Shown piece after piece: positions 51,020 to 61,006 of a stretch of DNA of 64,000 nucleotides (its first letter is position 1; every line of letters starts with the position of its first letter). Source of the stretch: a virus. The DNA is taken from the IMG/VR virus record IMGVR_UViG_3300009180_000022; one strand, 5' to 3'. Below the pieces are notes generated by a model that saw only the letters and a list, made by a program, of their open reading frames with translations, had not been told where the DNA came from and ran no database searches. A program made the position numbers and the translations under genes.

Positions 51020-52618
51020 ATGGCTCAGCTATTTGGTTTTGAGATACGCCGCAAGCAAGAACTTGTACAACAAGCAAACCCCAACATACAAACCTTCTCT
51101 CCAGAAGCCAAAGATGATGGGGCTGTCGTTGTTGCTGCAGGAGGCGCATACGGCACCTACGTTGATATGGAAGGATCGGCTCGATCAGAAGCCGATTTAA
51201 TCAACAAATATAGAGAAATAGCCCAGCATCCAGAAGTTGATCAAGCTATTGATGATATTGTAAATGAGGCAATTGTTTTTGAACCTGATGAAAAGGTTGT
51301 ACAGATTAATCTTGATGACGTAGAACTTTCAGCAGGCGTCAAGAAAACAATCACAACTGAGTTTGGTGAAATACTTGACATGCTTAGTTTTCAACAACAA
51401 CCCTATGATCTGTTTAGACGTTGGTATGTTGATGGTAGGTTGTATTATCATATCGTTATTGATACGAAGAATCCAGGGGAAGGGATTCAAGAATTAAGAT
51501 ACCTTGATCCGCGTAAGATACGCAAGATTAGGGAAGTCAAAAAGAAAAGAGATCCAGCAACATCTGCAACAGTTACTAAGACTGCAGGTGAATATTTTCT
51601 CTATAACGAGAAGGGACTCAACAATCAAAAAGCCGGCGCCGCATCTGCAATGGATGCCCAGAACACAACCGGTCTAAGAATTGCAAAAGATAGTATTGCC
51701 CACGTTACATCTGGATTGATGGATGTAAACAATACAATAGTACTTTCTTATGTACATAAGGCTATCAAGCCTTTAAATCAATTAAGAACACTAGAAGATG
51801 CTACTGTTATTTACAGAGTATCCCGTGCACCAGAAAGAAGGATCTTCTACATTGACGTAGGTAACCTTCCTAAGATGAAGGCCGAGCAATATCTCAGTGA
51901 CATCATGACTAAGTTTAAGAATAGACTTGTATATGATTCATCTACAGGTGAAATTAGAGACGATAGAAAATTCATGACTATGCTTGAGGACTTCTGGTTC
52001 CCAAGACGTGAAGGTGGTAAAGGTACAGAAGTTACTACGCTACCAGCTGGCCAGAACTTAGGGGAGATGTCCGATGTTGAATACTTCAAGAAGAAGTTAT
52101 ATCAATCGTTAAACGTTCCCACTTCAAGGTTCTCTTCCCAGGATGATCCTTTTGATATCGGTCGTTCTACTCAGGTATCGAGAGACGAGGTTAAGTTTGC
52201 CAAGTTCATTAATAGGCTGAGATTGCGTTTTTCTCAGCTGTTTTTAAAGTGTCTTGAGAAGCAGCTAATACTTAAAGGTATCACTACTTCGGCAGACTGG
52301 GAATCAATTTCTAAGAACATTAGATTTGACTTTGCAAAAGACAATTATTTCTCCGAGCTTAAAGAGACTGAAGTACTTACAGGCAGGCTAAATACCCTAA
52401 ACATGATTGAACCTTACGCCGGTAAGTATTATTCTCATACCTGGATTCGTAAGAATATACTTCGTCAGTCAGATGAAGATATTGAAGAAATGGATGAGCA
52501 GATTGAAGGGGAACAGGATGATGAAAAGTTTAACCCGCCTGTAGATGCGATTGGTAATCCAATGTCTCCAGGTCAAGGTATTCCTAATCCAAATCAGCCT
52601 AGTTCTGACGAACAATAA
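51020..52618 (+). CDS. gp20: Portal protein gp20
   Basis: WYVDGRLYYH, LRYLDPRKI, YRVSRAPERRIFYIDVGNLPK and MLEDFWFPRREGGKGTEVTTLP. Confidence 0.97.
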   Translation: MAQLFGFEIRRKQELVQQANPNIQTFSPEAKDDGAVVVAAGGAYGTYVDMEGSARSEADLINKYREIAQHPEVDQAIDDIVNEAIVFEPDEKVVQINLDDVELSAGVKKTITTEFGEILDMLSFQQQPYDLFRRWYVDGRLYYHIVIDTKNPGEGIQELRYLDPRKIRKIREVKKKRDPATSATVTKTAGEYFLYNEKGLNNQKAGAASAMDAQNTTGLRIAKDSIAHVTSGLMDVNNTIVLSYVHKAIKPLNQLRTLEDATVIYRVSRAPERRIFYIDVGNLPKMKAEQYLSDIMTKFKNRLVYDSSTGEIRDDRKFMTMLEDFWFPRREGGKGTEVTTLPAGQNLGEMSDVEYFKKKLYQSLNVPTSRFSSQDDPFDIGRSTQVSRDEVKFAKFINRLRLRFSQLFLKCLEKQLILKGITTSADWESISKNIRFDFAKDNYFSELKETEVLTGRLNTLNMIEPYAGKYYSHTWIRKNILRQSDEDIEEMDEQIEGEQDDEKFNPPVDAIGNPMSPGQGIPNPNQPSSDEQ

Positions 52619-52621
52619 ATA
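52614..52621 (+). promoter_or_regulatory. Late promoter variant upstream of the gp67-like gene
   Basis: AATAAATA overlapping the gp20 stop codon. Confidence 0.6.
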
Positions 52622-52638
52622 AAGAATGGAGTTATGCA

Positions 52639-52845
52639 ATGAGTGAATTTAGCGTACAAGATATGATAGGTAGCGTCTTAGAGAAGCAACCTGAACAGTT
52701 TAGAACAGCTTTCAACGACGTTATGGTCGATAAAATTGCAGCTGCCTTAGATATTAAAAAGCAAGAAGTAGCCCAGAATTATTTCACTACTTCCGAAGAA
52801 GAAACAGAACAAGAAACCGAGGAAGAAAATGGCGAAAACACTTAA
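52639..52845 (+). CDS. Small acidic prohead core protein (gp67-like)
   Basis: Position after portal, F...M..KI..ALD.KKQEVA motif and Glu-rich tail. Confidence 0.6.
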   Translation: MSEFSVQDMIGSVLEKQPEQFRTAFNDVMVDKIAAALDIKKQEVAQNYFTTSEEETEQETEEENGENT

Positions 52846-53986
52846 TCAGGTAGTTGGGTATAGGCCTAAAGCAGGTGACGAACAAAAGTTCGTAGACAAG
52901 CATGTAATTGCTAGTAAAGAAGATCCTAACGGTAATGGTGACGATGTGTTCAAAGGATCTAAGGTTAAAGTTATGGATCGTATGAAACATCGCCACGGGT
53001 ACGATGTAGGTACCGATGATAAGGTGTATGAGGCAAGACTAGGTGAAGCAATTAATGATAACCTACATCCAGCTGGTGCTGCATTGCTAAAGCACATCAA
53101 ACCAGAACACCATAACAAATACAAAGAACATCTAACTACAGACGTTTTTAATGGTTCATACAAGGACCGTACTGATGTATTAAATGCAGCCAAAAAAGCA
53201 GGGCATTTAAAAGAAGATGCTGAGCAAATTGATGAGCTGTCAAAAACAACTCTTGGTTCTTATGCTAAGAAAGCATCGCGTGATGCAGTAATTACTCGTA
53301 AAATTGGTGCAGATTTTGAGCATCAAGGTAACCGAGCAAAAAGCCCAGGAATGAAAGCGGCAAGTAATGAAATGTCGCAAAAATATAAAGTAAAATCTTG
53401 GAAGCGCAGAGATGGCGTTGACAAAGCAGTTGATCGTTTGACCAAAGAAGAAGTTGAAGGCACAATACCTAAAACCGCAAGAGAAAAAGATTTGGCAGGC
53501 AAGCATGGACATCCTAACCGTATTACATTTGGAGATGTTTTAAAAGCCCGTGGTGTAAAGATGAAGAAAGAAGAAGTCGAGATGGTAACAGAGGGAGATG
53601 AAGCTCACGCACGTTTTCAACACTATCACAATGAATCGGCTAAGTTGCTAAAAAACATTCACTCTGGCCTTTCTAAGCACTACGATAATGTAACCAACAA
53701 AAAAGGTCACAACAATGGTGAAGCCCATTGGGGTCATGTCGGTGACATTAAAGACATTCATAGCAGCCTGCAAGACATACACGATAGAATTCTTCAAACT
53801 GGTGAGTATGCAAAGCCTCCAAAGCCAATCAAAGAAGAAGTAGAAGTTCATGAAGATATCGATACATCGTTGTTAAATCTATACGCAAACCTAGATGATG
53901 ACAATCGTATTTCAATGGTAAAGATGATCGACGAAGGCCGTAAAGATGAACTGTTAGAATTTGCAGTCGAGGCAGGTACTGAATAA
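52829..53986 (+). CDS. Putative prohead core / internal head protein precursor
   Basis: Lies between gp67-like and gp21. Lys/His-rich modules separated by Glu-rich linkers (LKEDAEQIDELS, TKEEVE, KKEEVEMVTE, IKEEVEVHE). Confidence 0.6.
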   Translation: MAKTLNQVVGYRPKAGDEQKFVDKHVIASKEDPNGNGDDVFKGSKVKVMDRMKHRHGYDVGTDDKVYEARLGEAINDNLHPAGAALLKHIKPEHHNKYKEHLTTDVFNGSYKDRTDVLNAAKKAGHLKEDAEQIDELSKTTLGSYAKKASRDAVITRKIGADFEHQGNRAKSPGMKAASNEMSQKYKVKSWKRRDGVDKAVDRLTKEEVEGTIPKTAREKDLAGKHGHPNRITFGDVLKARGVKMKKEEVEMVTEGDEAHARFQHYHNESAKLLKNIHSGLSKHYDNVTNKKGHNNGEAHWGHVGDIKDIHSSLQDIHDRILQTGEYAKPPKPIKEEVEVHEDIDTSLLNLYANLDDDNRISMVKMIDEGRKDELLEFAVEAGTE

Positions 53987-54363
53987 TGGCTGCATATACT
54001 ATTGTAACAAACAAGATAGGCACCAGAGCGGTGCTTAGAATTAACGCAAATGTAAATATTTCCGTTAATACCTTATCCGTAGGTGCTAGTGAAATTGTAG
54101 GTGCCGCGACCCTTACATCCATTTATTATGCAAGTAACGATGCAACAACAGCCGCCTACTACAGAGGAAACACCGCCTCTGTAGATAGCGCTATACTCAG
54201 ATTAGTTCCTACTCATAACACATACTTAGATTTTGCTGGTAATGGAATTTCCCCTGATCAAGATCTAAGAACAGCAAATATTATTTTTGTTGTTAGTGGA
54301 GCTAATAACAGTAGTATTATTGCTGAGTTCCATAAAATTTCTAACGCTAACACGAATTACTAA
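53986..54363 (+). CDS. Hypothetical protein in head module
   Basis: 125-aa ORF overlapping the previous stop and ending 1 bp before gp21. Beta-rich composition. Confidence 0.55.
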   Translation: MAAYTIVTNKIGTRAVLRINANVNISVNTLSVGASEIVGAATLTSIYYASNDATTAAYYRGNTASVDSAILRLVPTHNTYLDFAGNGISPDQDLRTANIIFVVSGANNSSIIAEFHKISNANTNY

Positions 54364-54364
54364 A

Positions 54365-55015
54365 ATGAAACTAATAGCAGAATTACACGAAGATGTAAGC
54401 TACCTGGTCGAAGATGCAGGTAACGGCAAGAAGAGCTACTTCATTGAAGGAGTCTTCTTACAAGGTGATCTTAAGAACAGAAATGGTCGTGTATATCGTA
54501 CAGAGACTCTTGATAAAGAAGTAAATAGATATAACAAAGAATATGTGCTTGAGAATCGTGCTTTTGGTGAACTAGGTCATCCAGCTGGACCTACTCTAAA
54601 TTTAGAGAGAGTATCTCACATGATTAAATCCCTTGATCGCGATGGAAGTAATTTCATTGGTAAGGCTAAGATCATGGATACACCATATGGCAACATCGTA
54701 AAGAATCTAATGGATGAAGGCGCCAAACTAGGTGTTTCTTCTCGTGGTATGGGTTCGTTACAAATGAATAAAGAAGGTGTAATGGAAGTACAGGATGACT
54801 TCTATCTTGCAACTGCGGCTGATATTGTAGCTGATCCTTCTGCTCCTGATGCTTTTGTTAGAGGCATCATGGAAGGCGTTGAATGGGTCTGGGATTCGGG
54901 AGTACTTAAAGCGCAGAAGTTAGAAGAGATTAAGCAAGAAATAAAGCGCACTCCTTCTCGCCGCCTTGACGAAGCAAAGCTACAAGCATTTAAGAGTTTC
55001 TTAAATTCGCTGTAA
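54365..55015 (+). CDS. gp21: Prohead protease gp21
   Basis: MKLIAE start (ATG 54365), IEGVFLQ, NRNGRVY, catalytic-type GELGHP and GVSSRG, DIVADPSAPDAFV. Confidence 0.95.
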   Translation: MKLIAELHEDVSYLVEDAGNGKKSYFIEGVFLQGDLKNRNGRVYRTETLDKEVNRYNKEYVLENRAFGELGHPAGPTLNLERVSHMIKSLDRDGSNFIGKAKIMDTPYGNIVKNLMDEGAKLGVSSRGMGSLQMNKEGVMEVQDDFYLATAADIVADPSAPDAFVRGIMEGVEWVWDSGVLKAQKLEEIKQEIKRTPSRRLDEAKLQAFKSFLNSL

Positions 55016-55023
55016 TATAAATA
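55016..55023 (+). promoter_or_regulatory. T4-type late promoter upstream of gp22
   Basis: Exact intergenic TATAAATA. Confidence 0.85.
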
Positions 55024-55050
55024 AAAGTACAATCCAAACAGGAGAACCCA

Positions 55051-56022
55051 ATGACCCTAAAATTAAATAAAAGAGATCTTCAAGAAAAGATGTCAGCAAC
55101 CGAGCCAGTAGGTGGTGGAGCAACAGGTGCATCTAATGCAGCTGACCCAACCGGAGTAAGAGCCAAAGCGCCAGGCAACTCAAAAATTCAAGGCGACCTT
55201 ACACCTGAAAAATGTGAAGGTGAGACTGAAGTAACAAATCCAGAAAACAATACCAAGCCAACCGGTGACAATTCAGCTAAAAACAAATCATCTGTCTCTA
55301 TGAAAGAAGACATGGCTATTATGTTTGATGGTGAAGATCTATCAGAAGAATTTAAAGAGAAAGCAACCACATTCTTTGAAGCTGCTGTTAATGCACGCCT
55401 ACAAGAAGAAGTTACACGTATTGAAGAAGAGTACAGCAATTCCCTAACAGAACAAGTTACAGAGATTGCTGAAGAACTATCTACCAAGCTTAACGATTAT
55501 CTAAACCACGTTGTTGAGTCATGGATGGAAGAGAACGAAGTCGCTATTGAGTCATCTCTACGTTCTGAAATCACAGAAGAATTCATCGAAGGTCTTAAGA
55601 ATCTGTGCGTTGAGCACTATATTGACCTTCCAGAAGAAAAAGTTAGTGTTGTAGAAGAGCTTGCACTTCAGGTTGAAGAACTAACTACCAAGCTTAACAC
55701 CTCTATTGATGCACAAATTGAACTAAAGAAACAAATTGATGAACAAGCAATGCAAATCGTATTCAGCGAAGTTTCTGAAGGTCTAGCTGATACACAAGCA
55801 GACAAGTTCAAGACTCTTGCCGAAGGTGTAGAGTTCAATGGTGTTGATGCATACAAGAAGAAACTTGAAGTAGTTAAAGAAAGTTACTTCACAGGTAAGA
55901 AGTCTCCTCAACTAATCGTTGAAGGTGAAATCGATTCTGCTGAGTATATTGAACCTACTGCTCCTGTAACTGGACCTGTTGCTAACTACGTTAGAGCAAT
56001 CTCTAGAACAGTCAAGAAATAA
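55051..56022 (+). CDS. gp22: Prohead core scaffold protein gp22
   Basis: LSEEFKEKATTFFEAAV, YLNHVVESWMEENEVAIE and FIEGLKNLCVEHYID. Acidic coiled coil. Confidence 0.93.
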   Translation: MTLKLNKRDLQEKMSATEPVGGGATGASNAADPTGVRAKAPGNSKIQGDLTPEKCEGETEVTNPENNTKPTGDNSAKNKSSVSMKEDMAIMFDGEDLSEEFKEKATTFFEAAVNARLQEEVTRIEEEYSNSLTEQVTEIAEELSTKLNDYLNHVVESWMEENEVAIESSLRSEITEEFIEGLKNLCVEHYIDLPEEKVSVVEELALQVEELTTKLNTSIDAQIELKKQIDEQAMQIVFSEVSEGLADTQADKFKTLAEGVEFNGVDAYKKKLEVVKESYFTGKKSPQLIVEGEIDSAEYIEPTAPVTGPVANYVRAISRTVKK

Positions 56023-56026
56023 TTTT

Positions 56027-56034
56027 TATAAATA
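56027..56034 (+). promoter_or_regulatory. T4-type late promoter upstream of gp23
   Basis: Exact intergenic TATAAATA. Confidence 0.88.
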
Positions 56035-56073
56035 AACTTAACCCGATAAATTTTAAACGGAAGGAAAATAAAT

Positions 56074-57453
56074 ATGTACTTAAATGAAGAAATTCAAAAG
56101 AAGTGGCAACCAGTTCTTGAGCATCCTGATCTAGACGCGATCAAGGATCCGCACAAGCGTTCGGTTACTGCTATTATTCTAGAAAACACTGAAAAGGCTC
56201 TTCGCGAAAGCGGCGGTCGCGTTGGTGGTCAGTCTCTTCTTGAAGCTAACCAACCAGTTAACGCAATGCAAGGTTCTAGCTCTGCAGCTGGCGATGGCGC
56301 AGTTGACATTTTCGATCCTGTGCTTATCAGCCTGGTTCGTCGTTCGATGCCTAACCTAATTGCTTATGATGTTTGCGGCGTTCAGCCAATGACAGGTCCT
56401 ACAGGTCTTATCTTCGCAATGCGTGCTCGTTACAGCAACCAAGCTGGAACCGAAACATTCTACGGTGAAGTTAATACTGCATTCTCTTCTAGCCTGACTG
56501 GTGCTAACACCTTCGGTCTAAAGAATGCTGGTAACCTACCAGGTAATACAACTATTACTCTTGGTGCTGATATGGTTTCTAACGGACTATACAACACCGG
56601 AACTGGTATGTCTACATCGACAGCTGAATATCTTGGTTCTAACGCATCCTTAGTATTCCCACAAATGGCTTTCTCTATCGAGAAGGTTACTGTAACTGCT
56701 AAGTCTCGCGCGCTAAAAGCTGAGTACTCAATGGAACTTGCGCAAGACTTACGCGCTGTTCATGGACTAGATGCTGAAACAGAACTGTCTAACATTCTGT
56801 CTTCAGAAATTCTTGCTGAAATTAATCGTGAAGTTATCCGTACAATCAATATCACTGCTACTCGTGGTGCTACTGAGAATACTACTAACACCGGTATTTT
56901 CGACCTTGACACCGATTCTAACGGTCGTTGGTCAGTTGAGAAGTTCAAGGGTCTTATGTTCCAAGTGGAACGTGAAGCAAATCAAATTGCTAAGGGAACT
57001 CGTCGTGGTAAGGGTAACATCATTATCTGTTCTTCAGACGTTGCGTCTGCCCTACAGATGGCCGGTGTTCTTGACTACGCTCCTGCTCTAAATAGCAACA
57101 ACCTGAATGTTGATGATACTGGCAACACATTCGCCGGTGTTCTAAACGGACGTATCCGTGTATATGTTGATCCATATGCTGGTGGTCAAAATAGTGCTTC
57201 CGGTCAGTATCTGACTGTAGGTTACAAAGGTTCTAGCGCATTTGATGCTGGTCTGTTCTATTGCCCATATGTGCCTCTACAAATGGTTCGTGCGGTTGAT
57301 CAAGATACATTCCAACCAAAGATTGGTTTCAAAACTCGTTACGGTATGGTATCAAATCCATTCGCTGACGGTTCATCTGCAACCACTCAAGGTGCATTAA
57401 CTGCTGATACAAACGTTTACTATCGTCGTATCATTGTTGCAAACCTGATGTAA
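56074..57453 (+). CDS. gp23: Major capsid protein gp23
   Basis: DPVLISLVRRSMPNLIAYDVCGVQPMTGPTGLIFAMR, KSRALKAEYSMELAQDLRAVHGLDAE and FQPKIGFKTRYG. Confidence 0.98.
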   Translation: MYLNEEIQKKWQPVLEHPDLDAIKDPHKRSVTAIILENTEKALRESGGRVGGQSLLEANQPVNAMQGSSSAAGDGAVDIFDPVLISLVRRSMPNLIAYDVCGVQPMTGPTGLIFAMRARYSNQAGTETFYGEVNTAFSSSLTGANTFGLKNAGNLPGNTTITLGADMVSNGLYNTGTGMSTSTAEYLGSNASLVFPQMAFSIEKVTVTAKSRALKAEYSMELAQDLRAVHGLDAETELSNILSSEILAEINREVIRTINITATRGATENTTNTGIFDLDTDSNGRWSVEKFKGLMFQVEREANQIAKGTRRGKGNIIICSSDVASALQMAGVLDYAPALNSNNLNVDDTGNTFAGVLNGRIRVYVDPYAGGQNSASGQYLTVGYKGSSAFDAGLFYCPYVPLQMVRAVDQDTFQPKIGFKTRYGMVSNPFADGSSATTQGALTADTNVYYRRIIVANLM

Positions 57454-57489
57454 TCTTAAGAATAATAATAATTACATTCTTGCAAACTT

Positions 57490-57516
57490 AAAAGGGCTCC
57501 GCAGAGCCCTTTTTTT
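57490..57516 (+). terminator. Rho-independent terminator after gp23
   Basis: AAAAGGGCTC-CGCA-GAGCCC followed by TTTTTTT. Confidence 0.92.
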
Positions 57517-57520
57517 ATGA

Positions 57521-57528
57521 GATAAATA
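57521..57528 (+). promoter_or_regulatory. Late promoter variant upstream of gp3
   Basis: GATAAATA just after the gp23 terminator. Confidence 0.6.
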
Positions 57529-57565
57529 TATTTACTAACTAGTAAATAATGAGGTTATATAAAAT

Positions 57566-58084
57566 ATGTCAGCTACCGATAGATTACCATCAAACAAAAA
57601 CTTTCTTTCTCCTCTTGGGTTTAACTTCTCCATATACAAAACTCCCGGGCTGAATTATTTCGTTCAACAAGCAAGCATCCCTTCTATTACGATTGGCCGT
57701 GCCGAAGTAAACACACCATTCAATGTACTGAAGTATCCAGGTGATAAGGTAGATTATAGTGATCTGACTATTGTGTTTAGGGTAGATGAAGAGTTGCGTA
57801 ATTACATGGAGCTGTATACATGGCTTACAAGCATTACACGTAATGGAGGATTTACTGGATATAAGAGATTGACTGATGCTGCAGTCGGTGAGGGTGTTTT
57901 CTCTGATGCCGTTCTTACTGTAATGTCTAGCTCAAAGAACACCATTGCTCTTGTTAATTACATAAACCTTTATCCTACATCTCTATCTGAACTTACGTTT
58001 GATTCAAGAATGGAAGATGTGTCATACATTGAAGCTACAGTAAACTTTACGTATCAGTCATTCAATATCGAATACTTGATCTAA
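57566..58084 (+). CDS. gp3: Tail completion / tube terminator gp3
   Basis: NFLSPLGFNF, PGDKVDYSDL...FRVDEELRNYMELYTW and YPTSLSELTFD. Position after gp23. Confidence 0.85.
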   Translation: MSATDRLPSNKNFLSPLGFNFSIYKTPGLNYFVQQASIPSITIGRAEVNTPFNVLKYPGDKVDYSDLTIVFRVDEELRNYMELYTWLTSITRNGGFTGYKRLTDAAVGEGVFSDAVLTVMSSSKNTIALVNYINLYPTSLSELTFDSRMEDVSYIEATVNFTYQSFNIEYLI

Positions 58085-58104
58085 GGCAGTACATACTATA
58101 CAAT
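58076..58104 (+). promoter_or_regulatory. Sigma70-type (early/middle) promoter upstream of uvsY
   Basis: TTGATC (58076-58081), 17-bp spacer, TACAAT (58099-58104), at the boundary between structural and recombination genes. Confidence 0.6.
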
Positions 58105-58133
58105 ACCTATGTGTTGATTGATAGGACTATATT

Positions 58134-58568
58134 ATGAAGATTGAAGAATTGCATCAGTTATGGGAGAAAGATGCCGGTATTGATCGTACTGAGTTAGGTG
58201 AGGAAAGCCTTCGCATTCCTCAATTGCATTCAAAGTATTATAAGCTATACTCTGAAGAACGTACTACTCTAAGAAAGTGGGAGGTAGAGTTCAAACGTCT
58301 ATATAGAGAAAAGCACGAATACTACAACGGCGTGTTGAGTGAAGAAGAACTACGGTCTAACGGGTGGGAGCCATTCTCACTTCGTGTGCTAAAAACAGAC
58401 ATCCCGATGTACCTCGAGGCAGATAAAGACATTTCAAGAGGCAAGTCACTTATTGCCGCCCAACAAGACAAGGTTGAGTTTATTGAATCAATTATCAAGT
58501 CACTGCCTTCTCGTGGTTATCAGATCAATGCCGCTATAAGCTGGGAAAAGTTTAAAGTCGGCGCATGA
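58134..58568 (+). CDS. uvsY: Recombination mediator UvsY
   Basis: WEKDAGID...ESLRIPQLHSKY, YLEAD and RGYQINAAISWEKF. Confidence 0.9.
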   Translation: MKIEELHQLWEKDAGIDRTELGEESLRIPQLHSKYYKLYSEERTTLRKWEVEFKRLYREKHEYYNGVLSEEELRSNGWEPFSLRVLKTDIPMYLEADKDISRGKSLIAAQQDKVEFIESIIKSLPSRGYQINAAISWEKFKVGA

Positions 58569-60040
58569 GTATTATAGTATTATCCCGCATAGATGACGTT
58601 TATATAAGAGTTCATTGCGATTCTGATGTCGCATATGAGCTAAGTGAGTACTTTACGTTTAACGTGCCTGGTGCTAAGTTCTCACCCAAGTATAAAAATA
58701 AGATGTGGGATGGTAAAATACGGCTATACAGCGTTATGACTAAAAGGCTGTATACTGGACTTAGACTGTACGTTGAGATATTTGCAAGGGAAAGGGGATA
58801 TGAGATAGAATACCCTAGCCCAAATGATTTTTGTGATCAAGAGTACTCCTTAGTAGAAGCATTCGAGGATGCAAATAAGTATATAAAGAAGCCTGATATT
58901 GAGGTAAGAGGTTACCAGGCTGAAGCTTTCGCCCATGGCATAAGAACGAGGAGAGCGTTACTTCTATCTCCAACAGCATCCGGTAAGTCATTAATGATAT
59001 TTGCACTGTGTATGCATCTACTCAAGAACGATCCATCTAGAAAAGTATTAGTTATTGTTCCTACAACATCTCTAGTACATCAAATGGCTACAGACTTCGG
59101 GGACTATATCCAGGATGATTGCGATAAGTTTTGTCATCGAATTCTAGCAGGCGCCGAAAAATCTACCTCTAAACCAATCGTCATATCGACTTGGCAGTCA
59201 ATCTATAAACAACCCAAAGCCTGGTTCAATCAATTTCATACAGCAATTGGTGATGAGGCCCATCTATTCAAAGCTAAAAGCCTTACCGATATCATGTGTA
59301 AGCTTACCAATTGCCCTAACAAGTTTGGGTTTACTGGTACACTAGATGGAACAGAGACTCATAAGTTAGTGCTCGAAGGACTGTTTGGCCCGGTTAAAAA
59401 AGTAACCACAACAGCCGAACTAATAGAGAACAAGACATTATCATCGTTCAAGATCAAAGCCTTAGTACTTAACTACAGTGATGATATTCGTAAGCAGATA
59501 TCAAAGGCAACATACCCCGATGAAGTTGACTTTATAACTAATAATCAATTCCGTACAAAGTTCATAACAAACTTGGCGCTATCTCTAAAGGGTAACACTC
59601 TAATATTATTCAGACATAAAGCACACGGACATGCAATTCATGATGTGCTTAAAGATAAGATGAACAATCGCGAGCTCTACTACGTGGATGGAGACGTAGA
59701 CGGTGCTATTAGAGAAGATATAAGAAAGGAAGTAGAGGGGGTGCAAGACGGTATTATAGTAGCCTCACTAGGTACTTTCTCAACAGGTATAAATATTAAG
59801 AACTTGCACAACGTTGTATTTGCAAGTCCTTCGAAATCAAGGATTAAGGTATTACAGTCTATTGGCCGAGGTCTTAGAAAATTAATCAGTAAGAACGTAT
59901 TTACACTTTATGACGTCGCTGACGACCTAAGCTGGAAGTCTAACAAGAATCATACTATACTACACTTTGTTGAGCGTATAAAAATGTACAACGAAGAAAA
60001 ATTTGATTATAAAATTTATAATGTTGAGCTAAGGAATTAA
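58565..60040 (+). CDS. uvsW: SF2 DNA helicase UvsW
   Basis: WDGKIRL, SPTASGKS, GDEAH, GFTGT and LQSIGRGLR. Confidence 0.95.
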   Translation: MSIIVLSRIDDVYIRVHCDSDVAYELSEYFTFNVPGAKFSPKYKNKMWDGKIRLYSVMTKRLYTGLRLYVEIFARERGYEIEYPSPNDFCDQEYSLVEAFEDANKYIKKPDIEVRGYQAEAFAHGIRTRRALLLSPTASGKSLMIFALCMHLLKNDPSRKVLVIVPTTSLVHQMATDFGDYIQDDCDKFCHRILAGAEKSTSKPIVISTWQSIYKQPKAWFNQFHTAIGDEAHLFKAKSLTDIMCKLTNCPNKFGFTGTLDGTETHKLVLEGLFGPVKKVTTTAELIENKTLSSFKIKALVLNYSDDIRKQISKATYPDEVDFITNNQFRTKFITNLALSLKGNTLILFRHKAHGHAIHDVLKDKMNNRELYYVDGDVDGAIREDIRKEVEGVQDGIIVASLGTFSTGINIKNLHNVVFASPSKSRIKVLQSIGRGLRKLISKNVFTLYDVADDLSWKSNKNHTILHFVERIKMYNEEKFDYKIYNVELRN

Positions 60041-60042
60041 TA

Positions 60043-60426
60043 ATGGTTACGGTGTGTAAGTTACAATCAGGTAGTGAAATAGTTGGTACTATAATTGAAT
60101 CAACATCAAAAAGTATAACTATCAATAATCCCTTGCAGATTATGTACATAAGAAGACTGAATGGTCCGCCATCAGTCACACTACAACGTTATGTACCCTT
60201 CACATCACAAGAAGACCTTACAATAAGCCGTACCCATATTGAAGTTATGTGTGAGCCGATCCAAGGCCTTGAGCAGTACTATGTTAATACGCTTAAATCA
60301 ATCCAAGAGCATGTTGATCCAAGTCTAGTAACTGATCTTATGGACGCCAATGAACCTAAGAAATTTGAACATGACAGCTATATTGCCATGCTTGAGCAAT
60401 TAATGTCAAAGAAGCCACTGAATTAA
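60043..60426 (+). CDS. Conserved hypothetical protein (possible Sm-like fold)
   Basis: KLQSGSEIVG...ITINNPL motif. Usual position between uvsW and gp55 in this phage group. Confidence 0.55.
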   Translation: MVTVCKLQSGSEIVGTIIESTSKSITINNPLQIMYIRRLNGPPSVTLQRYVPFTSQEDLTISRTHIEVMCEPIQGLEQYYVNTLKSIQEHVDPSLVTDLMDANEPKKFEHDSYIAMLEQLMSKKPLN

Positions 60427-60433
60427 GGATATT

Positions 60434-61006
60434 ATGAGTGATAACCACTATGTTGACAATAAGAAGCTATTAGAATCGATAACAGAATATAGAAATTTAG
60501 TTATTGAGTCTAAAACAAACGGTACCGTTAAGCCAAGGATACCTGACTATATCGGCAGGTGTATGTTGCTTATTGCCCAGAGATTATCACATAAGCCTAA
60601 CTTCATTAATTACTCATACCGTGAGGAGATGATTAGTGATGGTATAGAGAACTGTATTAGTTATATCGATAACTTTGATCCTTCCAAGTCAAACAATCCA
60701 TTTGCGTACTTTACACAGATTATATATTTTGCATTCCTTCGAAGAATTCAGAAAGAAAAGAAGCAGTTGTATGTAAAGCATAAGATGCTTGAAAACTCAT
60801 TGTTAATGAATACACTTATTTCCCAAGGTGAGCACGATGATGGAGAATTTACTCCAGCCTACATTGATATGGAAAATGAGAATATGAGTGACTTCATTAA
60901 CAATTTCGAGGAAGGGCTTGATAAGAAGAAAAAGCTTCGTAAGAAAGGCTTAGAAAAGTTTCTCGAGGAAGATATAGTCGCTGATATAGAGGAAGATGAA
61001 CAATGA
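60434..61006 (+). CDS. gp55: Late-transcription sigma factor gp55
   Basis: HYVDNKKL, YIGRCMLLIAQRLSHKPNFINYSYREEMISDGIENC and NPFAYFTQIIYFAFLRRIQKEK. Confidence 0.96.
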   Translation: MSDNHYVDNKKLLESITEYRNLVIESKTNGTVKPRIPDYIGRCMLLIAQRLSHKPNFINYSYREEMISDGIENCISYIDNFDPSKSNNPFAYFTQIIYFAFLRRIQKEKKQLYVKHKMLENSLLMNTLISQGEHDDGEFTPAYIDMENENMSDFINNFEEGLDKKKKLRKKGLEKFLEEDIVADIEEDEQ

